Of a stretch of 64,000 nt of DNA, positions 11,551-25,398 are shown in pieces. Where the stretch lies: assembly GCF_009914755.1 (NCBI RefSeq), contig NC_060925.1; one strand, written 5' to 3'. Positions within the stretch are counted from its first letter, which is position 1. Each line of letters begins with the position of its first letter. The translations under genes and the position numbers were made by a program. The DNA is from the human T2T-CHM13v2.0 reference genome, Homo sapiens. The notes beneath the pieces are model-generated. The model saw only the letters and a program-made list of their open reading frames with translations. It ran no database searches and was not told the origin of the DNA.

Positions 11551-13209
11551 CTCTTTCTATATTGTTCTTTTTCAAGACTTTTGTTGTTGTTGTTATTCTG
11601 AGTGCTTTGCATTTCCATATGAATTTTAGGGTCAGCTTATTAATTTATGCCACCAAAAAGTCAGCTGGAATATTGATAAGGATGGCATTAAATCTGTAGA
11701 TTAATTTGGGGAGTACTGCTGTCTCAACAGTATTAAGTCATCTAATCCATGAACATGGGATGTCTTTCCATTTATTTAACTTCTCTAAATGATGTTTTGT
11801 AGATTTTGGTGTGCAAGTCTTGCTCTCTTTTCTTAAGTTTATTCTTAAGTATTTGATTATCTTTCATGCTATTGGAAATGGAATTTTTTCTTAATATCAT
11901 CTCAGTTTATTCATTGCTACTACATAGAGATACAATTAATTTTTGTATATTGATCTTATATCCTATACCCTTGCTAACTTGCTTCTTAGCTCTAGCAGTT
12001 TTTTTGTGAATTCTTTAGGATTTTCTATCTACAAGCTTGTGTCATCTGCAAAAAGAGATTGTTTTACTTTTTTCTTTTCAATTTGGGTGCCATTTACTTA
12101 TTTTTCTTGCTTTATTGCCCTGGCTAGAACCCTCAGTACAATGTTGAATAGAAGTGGTGAGAGTGGACATCCTGTTTTTTTTTTACCTTATCTTTAGTGA
12201 AAAGATTTCAGTCTTTCACCATTGAATATGATGTTAGCTGCGTTTTTCCATAGATGCCACTTATTAGATTGAGAAAATTCCCTATTATTCCTATTTTCTT
12301 CTATGTTTTTTACTATGAAAAGCTATTGGATTTTCTCAAGTGCTCTTTGTGTGTCCATTTAGATGATCGTGGTGGGTTTTTTTTTTTGTCCTTTATTATA
12401 TTAATGTGATATATCACATTAATTGATTTTTGCATGTTAAACCAAGCTTGTATTAGAATAATTCCTACTTGGCCATGGTATATAATTTCTTCTTATCTTT
12501 TGCTGGATTCAGCTTGCTGGTATTTTGTTGAGGATTTTTGAGTCCATGTTTATAAAATATATTGGTCTGTGCTTTGCATTTCTTGTGATAGCTTTGTCTA
12601 GTTCTGATATAAGGGTAATATTGGCCTCAGAATATATTGGGAAGTATTCCTTTTTCTTCCATTTTTTAAGAAGAGTTTGTAAAGGATTTTTATTTAAATG
12701 TTTGGTATAATCACCAGAAAAGTAATCTGGGCCTGAATTTTCATCATGGGAAGTTTTAAAATTACTAATTCAACTTTCTTACTTGTTATAGGTCTATTTA
12801 AATTTTCTGTTTCTTCTTGAGTCAGTTTTGGTAGTTTATGTCTTTCTAGAAATTTTTCCATTTCATTGAGATTATCTAAGTTATTTTATTCCTTTATCAT
12901 TCTTTTAATTTCTGTAACATCATTAATGATAGTCCCTTTTTTATTCCTAATTTTAATAATTTGTGTCTTTTTTTTTCCTTTGTCAGACTAGCTAGTCTAA
13001 CTAAAGATTTGCCAATTTTGTTGGCAAAGAACTAACTTTCGTTGAAAACTGGATATTGAAATAGAGTATTGTGACAACTGTGGAAATCAGATTGCCTCTC
13101 CTCTGATGTTGCTGTGTGTTGTTTTTGCCGTTTGTTTGGTGAATTTCCTGAATTAATTCTGTATAGTCTGTATTTTCTGTCATGTACTCCCTTTAAAGAG
13201 AGAAGTCTC

Positions 13210-13508
13210 AGCCAGGTGCGGTGGCTCATGCCTATAATCCCAGCACTTTGGGAAGCCAGGGCAGCTGGATCATGAAGTCAGGAGTTCGAGGCCAGCCTGA
13301 CCAACATGGTGAAACCCTGTCTCTACTAAAAATACAAAAATTAGCCAGGCATGGTGGCATGCGCCTGTAATCCCAGCTACTCAGGAGGCTGAGGCAGGAG
13401 AATATCTTGAACCTGGGAGCCAGAGGTTGCAGTGAACCGAGATCATTCCACTACATTCCAGCCTGGGTGACACAGCGAGACTCCATCTTAAAAAAAAAAA
13501 AAAAAAAA
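13210..13508 (+). mobile_element. AluS
   Basis: Full dimer with A tail; imperfect TSD aaagaga..gtctc. Confidence 0.93.
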
Positions 13509-15270
13509 GAGATGTCTCTACTCAGTTAGCCTAGTAACTAGTTAATGATTGGACAGAAATTTCCTTAAACCAGTAAGTCTCCTACCCTTTGCCAAGAGGT
13601 TTAAGGAAACCTCTGTCCAGTCATTAACTGATCACTAGGTTAACTGAGGAGGTCCAAATTCATCCTGCCTCCTCTAGTGACTGCTGGGGTGCTAGTTTTC
13701 ACGGTTACCACAGAACTTGAGAGAGGAAAATGAGAACGGCAAATTAAAATGCCATAAAATTCCATTCTTAACAAGCGTTAGTTTTTTTTTCCTATATATC
13801 CACTCCCTCACCTATCTTATGACATATGAGAAATCCTAACATGGGACTTGGTGTATAATTAGCATTGAATGAATTTAAGTTTTCTTTCTTTCTTTCTTTT
13901 CTTTTATCTTCTGTGGTCTCCTGCAGAATCAGTCTATAAAAAGGGCATGGTAAAAAAAAATCTATCTCATAGCATTGTTGAAAAGATTAAATGACATAAT
14001 AAGATGATGCATATATAGTAGCTAGCACTGTACCTGATGCATATTAGGAGCTTGATAATATTACTAACATTATCATCATCAATGCTATCTGAGCAAAGAG
14101 GCTGTTCCTTCTTTCCAGCCAGAGTTCTTCTGTTGGATAATATTTCCAGCTGTGAACCCCAACCAGAGACCTTGAAGCCTTTATTTCCTTTTCTCTCATT
14201 GGCCTTTGGCTGAAGTCTCCTTTCTGCAGAGAACAAAGTGACCAGCTTTTGATGAACTATTTTCCTCTTTTATCCATTTCCAAGTGTTAGCCATAGTGAA
14301 GAAGTGTAGCTGGGTGCTAGCCCAACTCAAGAAGTGATAATGTAATATCCAACCCAAGATAAACTCAAGGATAACTTTCAACACGGCTACTCAAGCAGTT
14401 CAGGGGGGAGGCATCTTGTAGAGAGGAGACCAGGAAGTCACTTGGCAGCTGGGCCAGCACACAGAGGGCCATTGCTCCAGTAAAGCAGCTAACCTCCATC
14501 TCTTCATCAAACCATCCTAGACTCAGCACTCTGCAGAGAAGGAGCAGATGGAGGGAATGTGTGGAGAGATTAGATAAGAAGGATTTCTAATCTAGTGGGG
14601 GAGCGAGTAAAATGTACAGAAGTTTGAGAAGCCAAGCTCTTATGTACCAATCCACCCCCATCACTCAACAATCCCCACTGTATGAATAAAGCCTGGAAAG
14701 TTTCCAATTAAAACAGTGCTTGTGAATATTGGCAAGGGGTATCTTTGTGTGCAGGGTACATTTAAAGGGAGAAGGGTGAAGATACACCCTTGCCTTCTAG
14801 GAGTACACTTTCTGAGAGCTTGTTCACCAGGCTGTGAGTTTCTCAGTCTATCTGTTTCTCAGTCTGTTAGTAATGAATGTATCTCCCACTTAGCACAGCA
14901 GCTAGCACATAGTAGATGCCTAACAAATGTGTGTTAAATTGAATGTTGGAAGTCTGTGTCCTGAAAGCTTTTCTTCACATATTACAAGGCTTTTTATTTG
15001 TTCAACACATTTTTACCAAGTTTTTTTCTGTGTTCCAGGTCTTTTGATTAGCTGTTTTTAAGTCACAGAAATGGGTGTCGGGAACAAAACCAGTCAAAAG
15101 TCCTCATTCTACATCATTTACACTTTCCCTTCCTATATTTATAAGTTTTAATATCAGCTTCTACAATAGGTTCCAGAACAAGTGGTGCTCAAGGAATGGA
15201 GAAAATGACTATTCCAACCCTAGCTGTAGGTGAACCAAAAACCCCAGAGAAATCAAAGTGTAGTTTAAAG

Positions 15271-15429
15271 CAGTGCTTCTCAAGTTGTAATGTGCATATA
15301 GATCACCTGGGGTTGTTATTAAAATGCAAATTCTAAAAGAGCAGGTCTGGGAGTGGGCCTGGGACTGCATTTCTTACACTTTCCCAGGGGGTGCTGGTGC
15401 TGCTGGTTCACACACTTAGAGAAGCAGGG
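15271..15429. mobile_element. MER5-family hAT-Charlie MITE
   Basis: cagtgcttctcaag...atcacctgggg..ttattaaaatgcaaattct; 8-bp TSD gtttaaag/gtttagag. Confidence 0.8.
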
Positions 15430-16075
15430 GTTTAGAGAAGAGGTGCCTGGCCAGATGCTAGTTCTTTCTGTGTAATTTGCTAGTTCACTAGCCAGTGACC
15501 CTGGGCAAATTGCTTACTTTCTCTGGGTCCCAAGTTTCTTTATTTGCAAAGTGAAGCACTTGGGCTTAATGTCTTTTATGATTTTTTTTCTATCTACATT
15601 TGATGACTAACTGAAACTCAACATTTCCTCTGTTATAGTAAGATCTTTTCATTGCTGTGAATTTCATGCAACTTGCTCCTAGATTCTCTTTCTGTACCCT
15701 GAGGTGTTAATCACCCTCTTTTATCTGTCAGGCGCTTCTATCCTGTGCATTCTAAACAAGATCTTATCTAGTTACTTTCAAACAGTGTGAAAGATTTTTA
15801 CAGGGAACTCTCACCTGGAAACTCTCCCTCAAATTCTGAAGTGGCTGTGATATTGTGCGCTCCTGGGTGCAGAGGAAGTTACTGCTCCTTTTGCTGGTCA
15901 GTAGCAGACTCTACTTGCCTCCTGTTGAATAGAACAGAATTTTCTTGCCATATTTCTTCACTAGGCTCCTGCTCTGTTGGGTGACTGCCTGTGTTTTGAA
16001 TTGAATGAAAGGATTGTAGCAGGAGGCAGTGCAGTGGTGGATTCAGCCTCTTAATGTCTTCATGTGGGTGTTTTT

Positions 16076-16391
<316 letters not shown>

Positions 16392-16675
16392 CATGTGGGT
16401 GTTTTTAAAGCACTGACCTTTTTGCCTGACTGGTAGGCCCAGAAGGCTGATAAGAAAAACAAGATTTCTGGCTTTGCATGTGTGACTTGTGAATGCAGGT
16501 CCATTATTGATTCATCACGTCTTGTACACTCATAGAGCTTTTTGAGGGAAACAACTGAACCTCACAACAAACATAGCTAATGAAATGTTATGAATAATCT
16601 TGATGATGTTAAAGGGTGGCTAAGCATAATGATCAGTTCTTCACATAAATATTGTATGTAATTAGCCTTCGACTT

Positions 16676-17245
16676 TGTAGGGTAGGAAAGACACTCCCCT
16701 ACCCTCTTAGGTTCTGTGGCTGGAGCCTATGAAATGAATTTTGAAAAGACAGATTAACAAAAGAAAAAACATACACATTTTATTTGATGTTAATATTTTT
16801 ACATGACACAGGGGGTTTCTTAGAAAGAAGTGAAACCCCAAAGATATGGTTAGACCCAGGGGCTCATATACCATTGTAACCAAGAATGATAAATTGTGGA
16901 GACATGATCAGGCAAAGGAAAAAGAGGTTTGGGATAGGGTGGTAAATTGTGGGAAAGTGACTAGAAAATGCATGGAGGAAACTAATGGAAAAAAAGTGTT
17001 ATGTTAGCAAGGTTTGTTTGTACAGATTCCTCTCATCGTCAACTCATTATCTTCTGTGGTATGAATGTTTTCTTCTTCGTGGTTTAGGGAGGAGATCTTT
17101 CTCACAGGAAATGTATGCCCTGACTTTTGATAGAAAGGAGGAAGACAGCCCTTCCTAAATCTTTTGTTTCTCAGTTGCCTTCAGCCCAAAATAGTGAATA
17201 TGCCAGTGAATCATAATGTGGGATGGCATATCCTAATCCCCTCCA
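16676..17245 (-). mobile_element. ERV1 solo LTR, MER34/MER39-like
   Basis: TG...CA termini with 4-bp TSD actt; minus-strand start atatgccatccc...tattttgggctgaaggcaactgaga resembles the MER34 group. Confidence 0.75.
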
Positions 17246-17505
17246 ACTTCTTCAGTGGAATGTGCAGGTTTCTTCCTTCTTTGTTAAGCCTCTGGCTTTT
17301 TTCAGTGTCAGTGTTGACAATTTTATCTAATTGCTCTCCTCTTTTTTAAAAAATTATTTTTAAAAATTAAAGATCATCTGTTGCTGTCCTCTCTATGTCT
17401 CTTTCTCTGTCTCTCTCTCTCTCTCCCATACACACACAAACACACTCATTCACACAGTCACACATGCTCCAGAAGCAACAACAGCTGGGTTCTCATTATC
17501 TAGGG

Positions 17506-17670
17506 CAGTGCTTCTCAACTCCATCTCCACCTTAGACTCACCCAGGGAGCTTTATAAATTACCTGTACCTGGGCTACACCCTAGATAAGTTAAATCAGAA
17601 TCTCTCAGAGTGGTACCCAGTCATGATATTTTATCAAATCACCCCAAGTGATGTCATGTCCATGCAACCA
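17506..17670. mobile_element. MER5-family MITE
   Basis: cagtgcttctcaac...gactcacccagggagcttt...aaatcagaatctct. Confidence 0.7.
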
Positions 17671-17824
17671 GATAGGACCCTCTCCCATCCCCCTTCTCAC
17701 CTGAAAGGAACTTGCATTAGCCCAGCTCTACCTTTCTCTCTCTCTCTCTGCCCCAGCACCATATTGTAGACACCAAAGGAGTTGCAGCAGCAGAAACTGT
17801 GCCTGGATGGCAACATGCCTACAG

Positions 17825-18290
17825 CATCATCAGGATCCAATCAGGAAAGCAGAACAAATTCTGGACTATTTAACACAGAGAATTTAACATAGGGAATTGG
17901 TTACACAGGTGATGAAGTTTGCCAAAAAAGCAAACAAGAAATTGTGATGCAGCATCAGCAACAGACAGAAGCCCCAGCTACACTTAGGTTGGAGGGAAAA
18001 ATAGAAGGGGTAATATTACCAGAGCCTAGGTTTGGGGTCATCTTTGGAGGCTGGAATGGTGGCATGTCTGTTCTGTGGGCACTGGAGTCATGAGAAGATG
18101 CTTCCACTGCTGGGGTTATCACCCAAAGCAAAAAGAAATGGGAGAAACAACTTGGCTGCTGTCTTCCTTCACACTTTCAAATGCCAGCCAGTTTCTCCCA
18201 TTAGGGGAATGCTGCAAGAAACTATATGACACAGGGAGCCTGAGAATCACAGCCTGCAGAGGTCATCTGCCTTGCAGATGCTGACCCAAG
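17825..18290. mobile_element. Ancient LTR remnant (family uncertain)
   Basis: caggatccaatcaggaaagcagaa...aatttaacatagggaattggttacacaggtg resembles old ERVL/ERV1 LTR ends. Confidence 0.45.
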
Positions 18291-19111
18291 CAGGAAACGG
18301 GCAAGGAACGGATCTGAAGACAAATAGGTGCAGCAACAGCACTCATACCCCAGATTGATTTCCATGCCACTAGAAAGCCGAGCCTGCAGACAGCCTTGAA
18401 GAAACAGGCTGGGGAGAAGACAAAGCATTCAAAGCTGCAATTCCTGCCCAACCTTCAGGTAGAACATTCAGTGGACAGTTTGGATTGTGGAACTGAGGCC
18501 CGGAGCAAAGGTCAAGGCTGAGGGGGCAGACATGGTGGTACATTTGGCTAAGTTGGTGGACAAACTTTGAAGGGAGTAAAACTCCCCAAGAGAAACTAAA
18601 AAGGAACAAGAATAAGCAGACCTCTTTTATTTATAGTACTGTCTGTAATTTTCAGAATATTTTTTCTTTTCTCCTTTGATCTTAGAGCCATCTAATAGCT
18701 TTGACTAGATACCCTGGTATTTTTGTTTTCTATCTAGAAAAATAAAAAATTGATAAATCATCATACCCTTGCCCTTTATCATAACAAGCACTTTTTAATT
18801 GTGTAGAGGGGTGCTCTGATCTAGACCTCAATATTTATGAACTTTTGAAGGCTGAAAATGGAGACAGTAAACTTCTAGATATTTGCTTCCTGGGCCTCCA
18901 AAGACAGAATTTGCTAACTGTGGCAAACACTTACTAAGTGCTACTCTGTGCCAGGCCTTTTTATAAAACTTTGCACAAAAACTAATAGACTATTACTTCC
19001 CCATTTACTCACACAAGGAGACTCAGCAAAGGATGAAGCTTTGATTTGAGCCCATGTAGGTGGACTCCAGAGCTCAGACTTTGGCCAGTCTGCTATACCA
19101 GCTGTCCTTAT

Positions 19112-19720
19112 TGTGGGGAGATGATCAGTTGATGAACTCTTACCTGAATTACAAATTTAGTCACCTTAAGTGTTTGATTGCTGAAAGGACTCACAACACT
19201 CAAATGGTTTATCCTCATGGGGTAGTTTTATTACAGACAAGGGAAACAGTACAGCAACAGCAGAAGACAGATAGGTAATGCAGGGGTCCCAGAGATATCA
19301 GATACAGGCTTCTTTATCCTCCTAAAACTGGGTTGCACAGGGCACTCTATCTCCAGGTCTTGAAGGTTTACTGGCATACATGTGCAGAACCTCAGTTCCA
19401 AGAAGTCCAGTAGTGGAGGTCACTTATAGTGAGCTGATCACATGGGCACATTCCAGCTGTGTGACATACACTTCAGTGATTGAAGCCCCAGGACTCCACT
19501 GAAACCAGGTGCAAATCATACCATCCAGTTATTATTACTAAATAATGCTAACTGACTCATACATCCTACCCCAAACAACTTGAAGACTCATAGTTTCAGA
19601 GCATCATTTATCTTTAGTAAATACATTTCATAGTGATTGCCGATAGTTAGTGGTTCTGAAGATTAGTCTGGGGTCAATTCAGGCCAGCTGGGATCACCCT
19701 GTGCCTTTCAACCCGCTTGG
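19112..19720. mobile_element. MER21/MER77-like LTR remnant
   Basis: gaaaggactcacaacactca...gttttattacag motif; heavily diverged; boundaries approximate. Confidence 0.5.
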
Positions 19721-20093
19721 CCTTGCTTAGTATGTAAGTCAGGAACCCACTCCTAGAACTTGAACAATGGTAAAGTCATCCAGGTATAAATACTTGCCAC
19801 TGGGATGGGACGTGTTCCATAGATAACAGAAAAGTTATCATGGTTCAGTCATTACAAATGTCTATTACTTCAGTGGATGGCCTGGTATTTTTGTGGCCAG
19901 CTTCTGATGTCCTTGTCTTCTACTCATTATTCTAAGACTGCTGGGTAGCTGTCCTATGTGCTTACATGAAACCCCAACTTTCTCTCAAGGCCGTTAAAAT
20001 ATAACATGATGAGTGCTGTGATACTTATCTGTGTCTCTAGAGCAGCAATGCTGTCCACTAGAAACATCATACAGGGCACATATGTAATTTTAA

Positions 20094-20394
<301 letters not shown>

Positions 20395-20421
20395 TAAACT
20401 CACTTTTAAGCCACATTTTTT

Positions 20422-20522
20422 AAAGGCTAGTCAAATGAAGCAGTGAGAGTGGAGAAGGAACAAAGAAATTTGCAATTGCTTGTGATCAATCAGTTGTAAA
20501 CACGATGGCACTTGGACTAGCC
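20422..20522 (-). pseudogene. Y3 RNA (RNY3) retropseudogene, full length
   Basis: Minus strand GGCTAGTCCAAGTGCCATCGTGTTTACAACTGATTGATCACAAGCAATTGCAAATTTCTTTGTTCCTTCTCCACTCTCACTGCTTCATTTGACTAGCCTTT; about 12 ungapped differences from hY3 as I recall it; TSD ttaag(cc/at)acatttt. Confidence 0.92.
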
Positions 20523-20640
20523 TTAAGATACATTTTAAAAAGTTAAAAGAAACATAAAATTAATTTTAATATATATTTTATTTAACCCAACATATCCAAA
20601 ATATTATTTCAACATGAAATCAATATAAAATTATTACCCG

Positions 20641-20727
20641 CTTTATTCAGATATAATTGACAAGTAACAATTATATATAATTCAGGTATACAATGTAGTA
20701 TTTTGATATACATGTACATTGTATAAT
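20641..20727 (-). mobile_element. Short L1MA-type 3' end fragment
   Basis: ctttattcagatataattgaca...aggtatacaatgtag...gatatacatgtacattgt; flanked by aattatta on both sides. Confidence 0.6.
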
Positions 20728-20835
20728 AATTATTATAATGGAATATCTCATATTTTTTTTTCTAAGTCTTCAAACTCCAGTGTGTACCTGTAGTTTATAT
20801 TTACAGGACATCTTAATTCAGATGCTAAATTTTCA

Positions 20836-21152
<317 letters not shown>

Positions 21153-21155
21153 GGA

Positions 21156-21250
21156 GGCCTGTCGCGGTGGCTCACACCTGTAATCCCAGCACTCCAGCCT
21201 GGGCGACAGAGCGAGCCTCCGTCTCAAAAAAAAAAAAAAAAAAAAAAAAA
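21156..21250 (+). mobile_element. Internally deleted mini-Alu (5' end fused to 3' end) with ~25-nt A tail
   Basis: ggcctgtcgcggtggctcacacctgtaatccca-GCACT-ccagcctgggcgacagagcgagcctccgtctc-A(n). Confidence 0.9.
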
Positions 21251-21488
21251 GCCATACTTGATCTGTACTTATATTTTATAAAATGAATAATTAAAAACAT
21301 AGGTTCACATTCCCAAGTTATTTCAAATATACTCAATTTTCTAGTAACTGAATCAAATACCAAAACATTATTTTTCTTTCATTTTTGCATCCACATTGAC
21401 AAAATTGGTTCATCATTTTTAGAATAATTGAATTGACTTTGAACCACAATGTATCATTTTTCAAACTATTTCTATCCAAGTTAAATAA

Positions 21489-21759
<271 letters not shown>

Positions 21760-23298
21760 ATTCACTATATCTTGTATCAACTCAGTATTATTTATATCAA
21801 ATTCAAAGGGATATTGCATAAATTGAAAAGCAACACTGAATTTATCAATGTCAACAAAACATTTAAATTTTTCTTGCAGTTTATGCAGGCAATTTACAAA
21901 ATGCTGTCAATTACAATTAAAATCTTCAGCATATTGATCCGTGTTAAATGTCTAAAAACGTCATGATTGTTTATTTGTATTGTGAAAAGCCTCAGTTCCA
22001 ACATACATTCTTATATCTGTCTAGCTAGGTTACAATAAGCTTTTCCTTTTCCTGGAGCTGCATATTAAGTTTGTTCATATGCAACATAGTATCAGTGCAA
22101 AAATGTAAATCATATTGCCATTTTTTTTTACTTTGATTATTATTTGGCAACCATCCTTCCATTTCAAGAAAGTCTTGAGGTGGAGTTAGCAGTGCAGTAA
22201 ATCTTTGTAAAACTATTCTACAGTCAATCAGCAAGCACTGGCAAAGAATATAAGATCATTAAATCCATTGCCTTTGATTTTTTTCAACATCTCTGCAAAC
22301 TGTCAATGATTCTATTTGCACATATATATGAAATGATTTTAACGACTGTATCCATGATACCTTAATTTATAAAGTCTGTCTCAGAAAACTGAGCACATAT
22401 ATTTTCAGTTTGTATCACAAAGTACAACAAAGCAATAAGGGAACCATCAGTATTGTTTTACAATTCCACTAAGTCTAGTTTTTTGACCTAATGGCTAGAG
22501 TACCATCCATTGTGATAGAAATTTTTTTTTCATACCTAACTGAAATTCTTTGACAGATGTAGGAGATTATAAAGTACTCCACAAGTTCCGTTTTACAGGC
22601 TGCAAATTGACATTTCTTTGTGAATTTGGAAGTCCTTTAAAGTAAACATACCCAAAATATATCTTTTCAAGTTTCTCTTGTATGTCATGCCTCATCAAAA
22701 ACTGAAGAAAAGTTTCTGCAATTTTTCAAAATTTTAATCAATTGATTTTATTTTTATATTCTATAAGCTAAATAATAGCTAAAATAATTATTTCTTTTAC
22801 CATCTCTGTATCTGAAAGTGGTTTTATAGCTGTACAAAGTTGCAAGCACAGATTCTGTTAAAATTGTGTAGACTTTTTTTTGTAGGACATTTATTTAATT
22901 CTAATTTCAGGTGACCAATTTCATCAATTTTTTTTAACTGGTGGCGGGGGGAACTTTAAAAAAAAAATCAAAATCACTGTGTATTTGCTGAAAAGGGTCT
23001 CTTTATTATTGTCCACTTTATTATCTTTAAAGTTCTTTTTGCACAACAAACTTTTTTGTGATGATCCATTATGAAATTTGTGGCATATCTTCTTCCCGTC
23101 TCTTTTTTCCATTACTTTTTTGTTTCGGAGAGACTTTCCTTGCCTCAAACACTACAGAACTCGTAACTTCTCCACAATAGTACATGTTTGAATCAATTTT
23201 CTGTTTAGGGCTAAAAATAGAAATTCAGAAAACAGGAGCAGCAGTCTGATAGGATTTCAAAGCAGCATTCAGCAGACTACATTTCCTCTTGGGTTAAA

Positions 23299-23320
23299 TG
23301 TGTGTGTGTGTGTGTGTGTG
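23299..23320. repeat. (TG)11 microsatellite
   Basis: Direct reading. Confidence 0.9.
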
Positions 23321-23599
23321 TACACGTGTTCATGTGTGTGATTGGGTGATCATCGTGATTAAAGAGAAAGGGTAAATTGCAAAAAGAAACACCACGAAGT
23401 TGCAAAGTAAAATGTTATTCTTTTAGATTAGGGTTAATTTTGAAACAGCCCACCACTCTAGCAGGCAGATCCCTGCAGAGGTTCATGACAATGGGAGAAG
23501 GCAGCCAGCGCTGCAGAGGAGCCAGGGAGGCCACAACTCCTGGCCCAGTCTCCAAGTAGGTGTGGGTACCTGGCTTTCCTGGGAAATCTCCCTTTATTT

Positions 23600-24000
23600 T
23601 TATTATTATTATTGTGGTAAACTATACATGACATAAAATATACAATTTTAGCCGTTTTAAAGTGCACAGTTCAGTGGCACTTAGTACATTCACAGTGTGG
23701 TATGATCCTTACCACTGTCTAGTTGTAGAACATTTTTATTACTCCAAAAATTCCTCCTGTACCCATTAAGTGGTCACTCCCCATCTTTTCCCACTCCCAG
23801 CCCCTAGCAACCACTAATCTACTTTCTGTCTCTACGGTTTTGTCTACTCTGGACATTTCATATAGGCAAATGATCCTGCCTATGTCCAGGATCCAAATGA
23901 CAATTCATATAAATGGAATCATACACAGTATGTGGCCTTTTGTGTTTGGCTTCTTTCACTTAGCATAATGTGTTCAAGGTTCATCCATGTTGTGACCTGT
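23600..24000 (-). mobile_element. L1MB-type 3' end fragment
   Basis: ttttaaagtgcacagttcagtggcacttagtacattcacagtg...aaccactaatctactttctgtctct. Confidence 0.8.
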
Positions 24001-24110
24001 GTCTTCCTTGTGTTTTGATGACCTTGAGAGACTTCCTGGCATAGCAATGAGGCCTGGCATTGAAGCCATGCATACCTGGATTTGAATCTTGTCCCACCTT
24101 TAAGCTTCAG

Positions 24111-24401
24111 TTTTTTGTTTTGTTTTTTGAGAGAGGGTCTCATTCTGTCACCTAGGCTGGAGTGCAGTGGTGCAATCATGGCTTACTGCAGCCTGACCCT
24201 CCTGGGCTCAAGTAATTGTCCCAAGTAGCTAGGTCTACAGGCGTGCACCACCACACCCAGTTAAAATTTTTTTTTATTTTTTATAGAGATGGGATCCCAC
24301 CATATTGCCCAGGCTGGTCTCGAATTCCTTGCCTCAAACCATCCTCGCACCTCAGCCTCCCAAAGTGCTGGGATTATAGGTGTGAGCCACCACACCTGGC
24401 C
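24111..24401 (-). mobile_element. AluJ inserted in a MIR
   Basis: J features; TSD ta(a/t)gctt(c/t)agtttttt; MIR halves on either side. Confidence 0.88.
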
Positions 24402-24467
24402 TATGCTTTAGTTTTTTCATCTGCAAAATGGAAATGATATTCATCTCAGGAATCCTTGTGGGGGTTC

Positions 24468-25230
24468 ATTTGCTCATTCAAAAAATAGTGATGGAGCAGC
24501 CACTGTGTGCCAGGCCAAGGCTTCACGGATATAGTGGTGAACAATACCAGGCAAACTCTTTGTGCTCATAGAACTTGGTTCTATCAGGAGAAATGGACGA
24601 TAAACATGGAGACCAATAAATAAGATAGGAAGAAGAAAGTCTAATGTGTCAGAGAGTAATGTCTGGGGGTAGGAAATGGGCAACTTTAACAGCTTGGTGA
24701 GTAAAGGTTTTCTGCCAAGGGGCTGACATTTGAGCTGACCTCTGAGGAACAGAGTGAGCCAGGCTTGCAGAGAGCAAGGGAAAGAAAGATTATTCTAGGC
24801 AAAATAACAGCAAGAACAAAGACCATGACATGGAAAATGGTTTTGTCACGATCATGGAACAGAAAGAAGGCCAGCGTGGCCAAATTGGATGAGCGAGTTG
24901 TGGGAAGTATGACTTCAGGTTAGAAAGGCGAGCAGGAGCTACGCGTTACTTAGCTGTGCAAGCCAGTGTTTGGGCTTCATTCCAAGAGCCATGGAAGCCA
25001 TGGGAGGGTTTCAGCTAAAGAGGTGATGTGTCCTCATTTACAATGGGAAGAGCACTCTGGCATCTGTGCGGAGGGTGGACGAGAGTATGAGCAGGAGCTG
25101 GAAGAGCAATAAGGAAGTTTTTGCACTAGTCTAGATGTGAAAATAGGTGGTTTGATGACTTGGACCAGGTCGGGGTAGGTGAGTTGTAAAGAAGTAAGAG
25201 GATTTGAGATGGCTTGAAGAGGAGGCAGGT
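24468..25230 (-). mobile_element. L2 fragment
   Basis: cattca...cactgtgtgccagg, tgacatttgagctgacctctgagga, aagaaggccagcgtggc are L2 motifs. Confidence 0.75.
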
Positions 25231-25358
25231 GTGAAGGTTTAAATTATATAAATAAACAGGATAAATGGAATCTGCATCCAAAATGCCTAACTGCTTAGAA
25301 CAGAGGCGGTGATCAACTCATGTCCCGTTCTGGTCCACTCCCCCCCGCCCCACCACCC

Positions 25359-25398
25359 ACACAGACACACACACACACACAGACACACACACACACAC
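25359..25398. repeat. Interrupted (CA)n microsatellite
   Basis: Direct reading. Confidence 0.9.
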
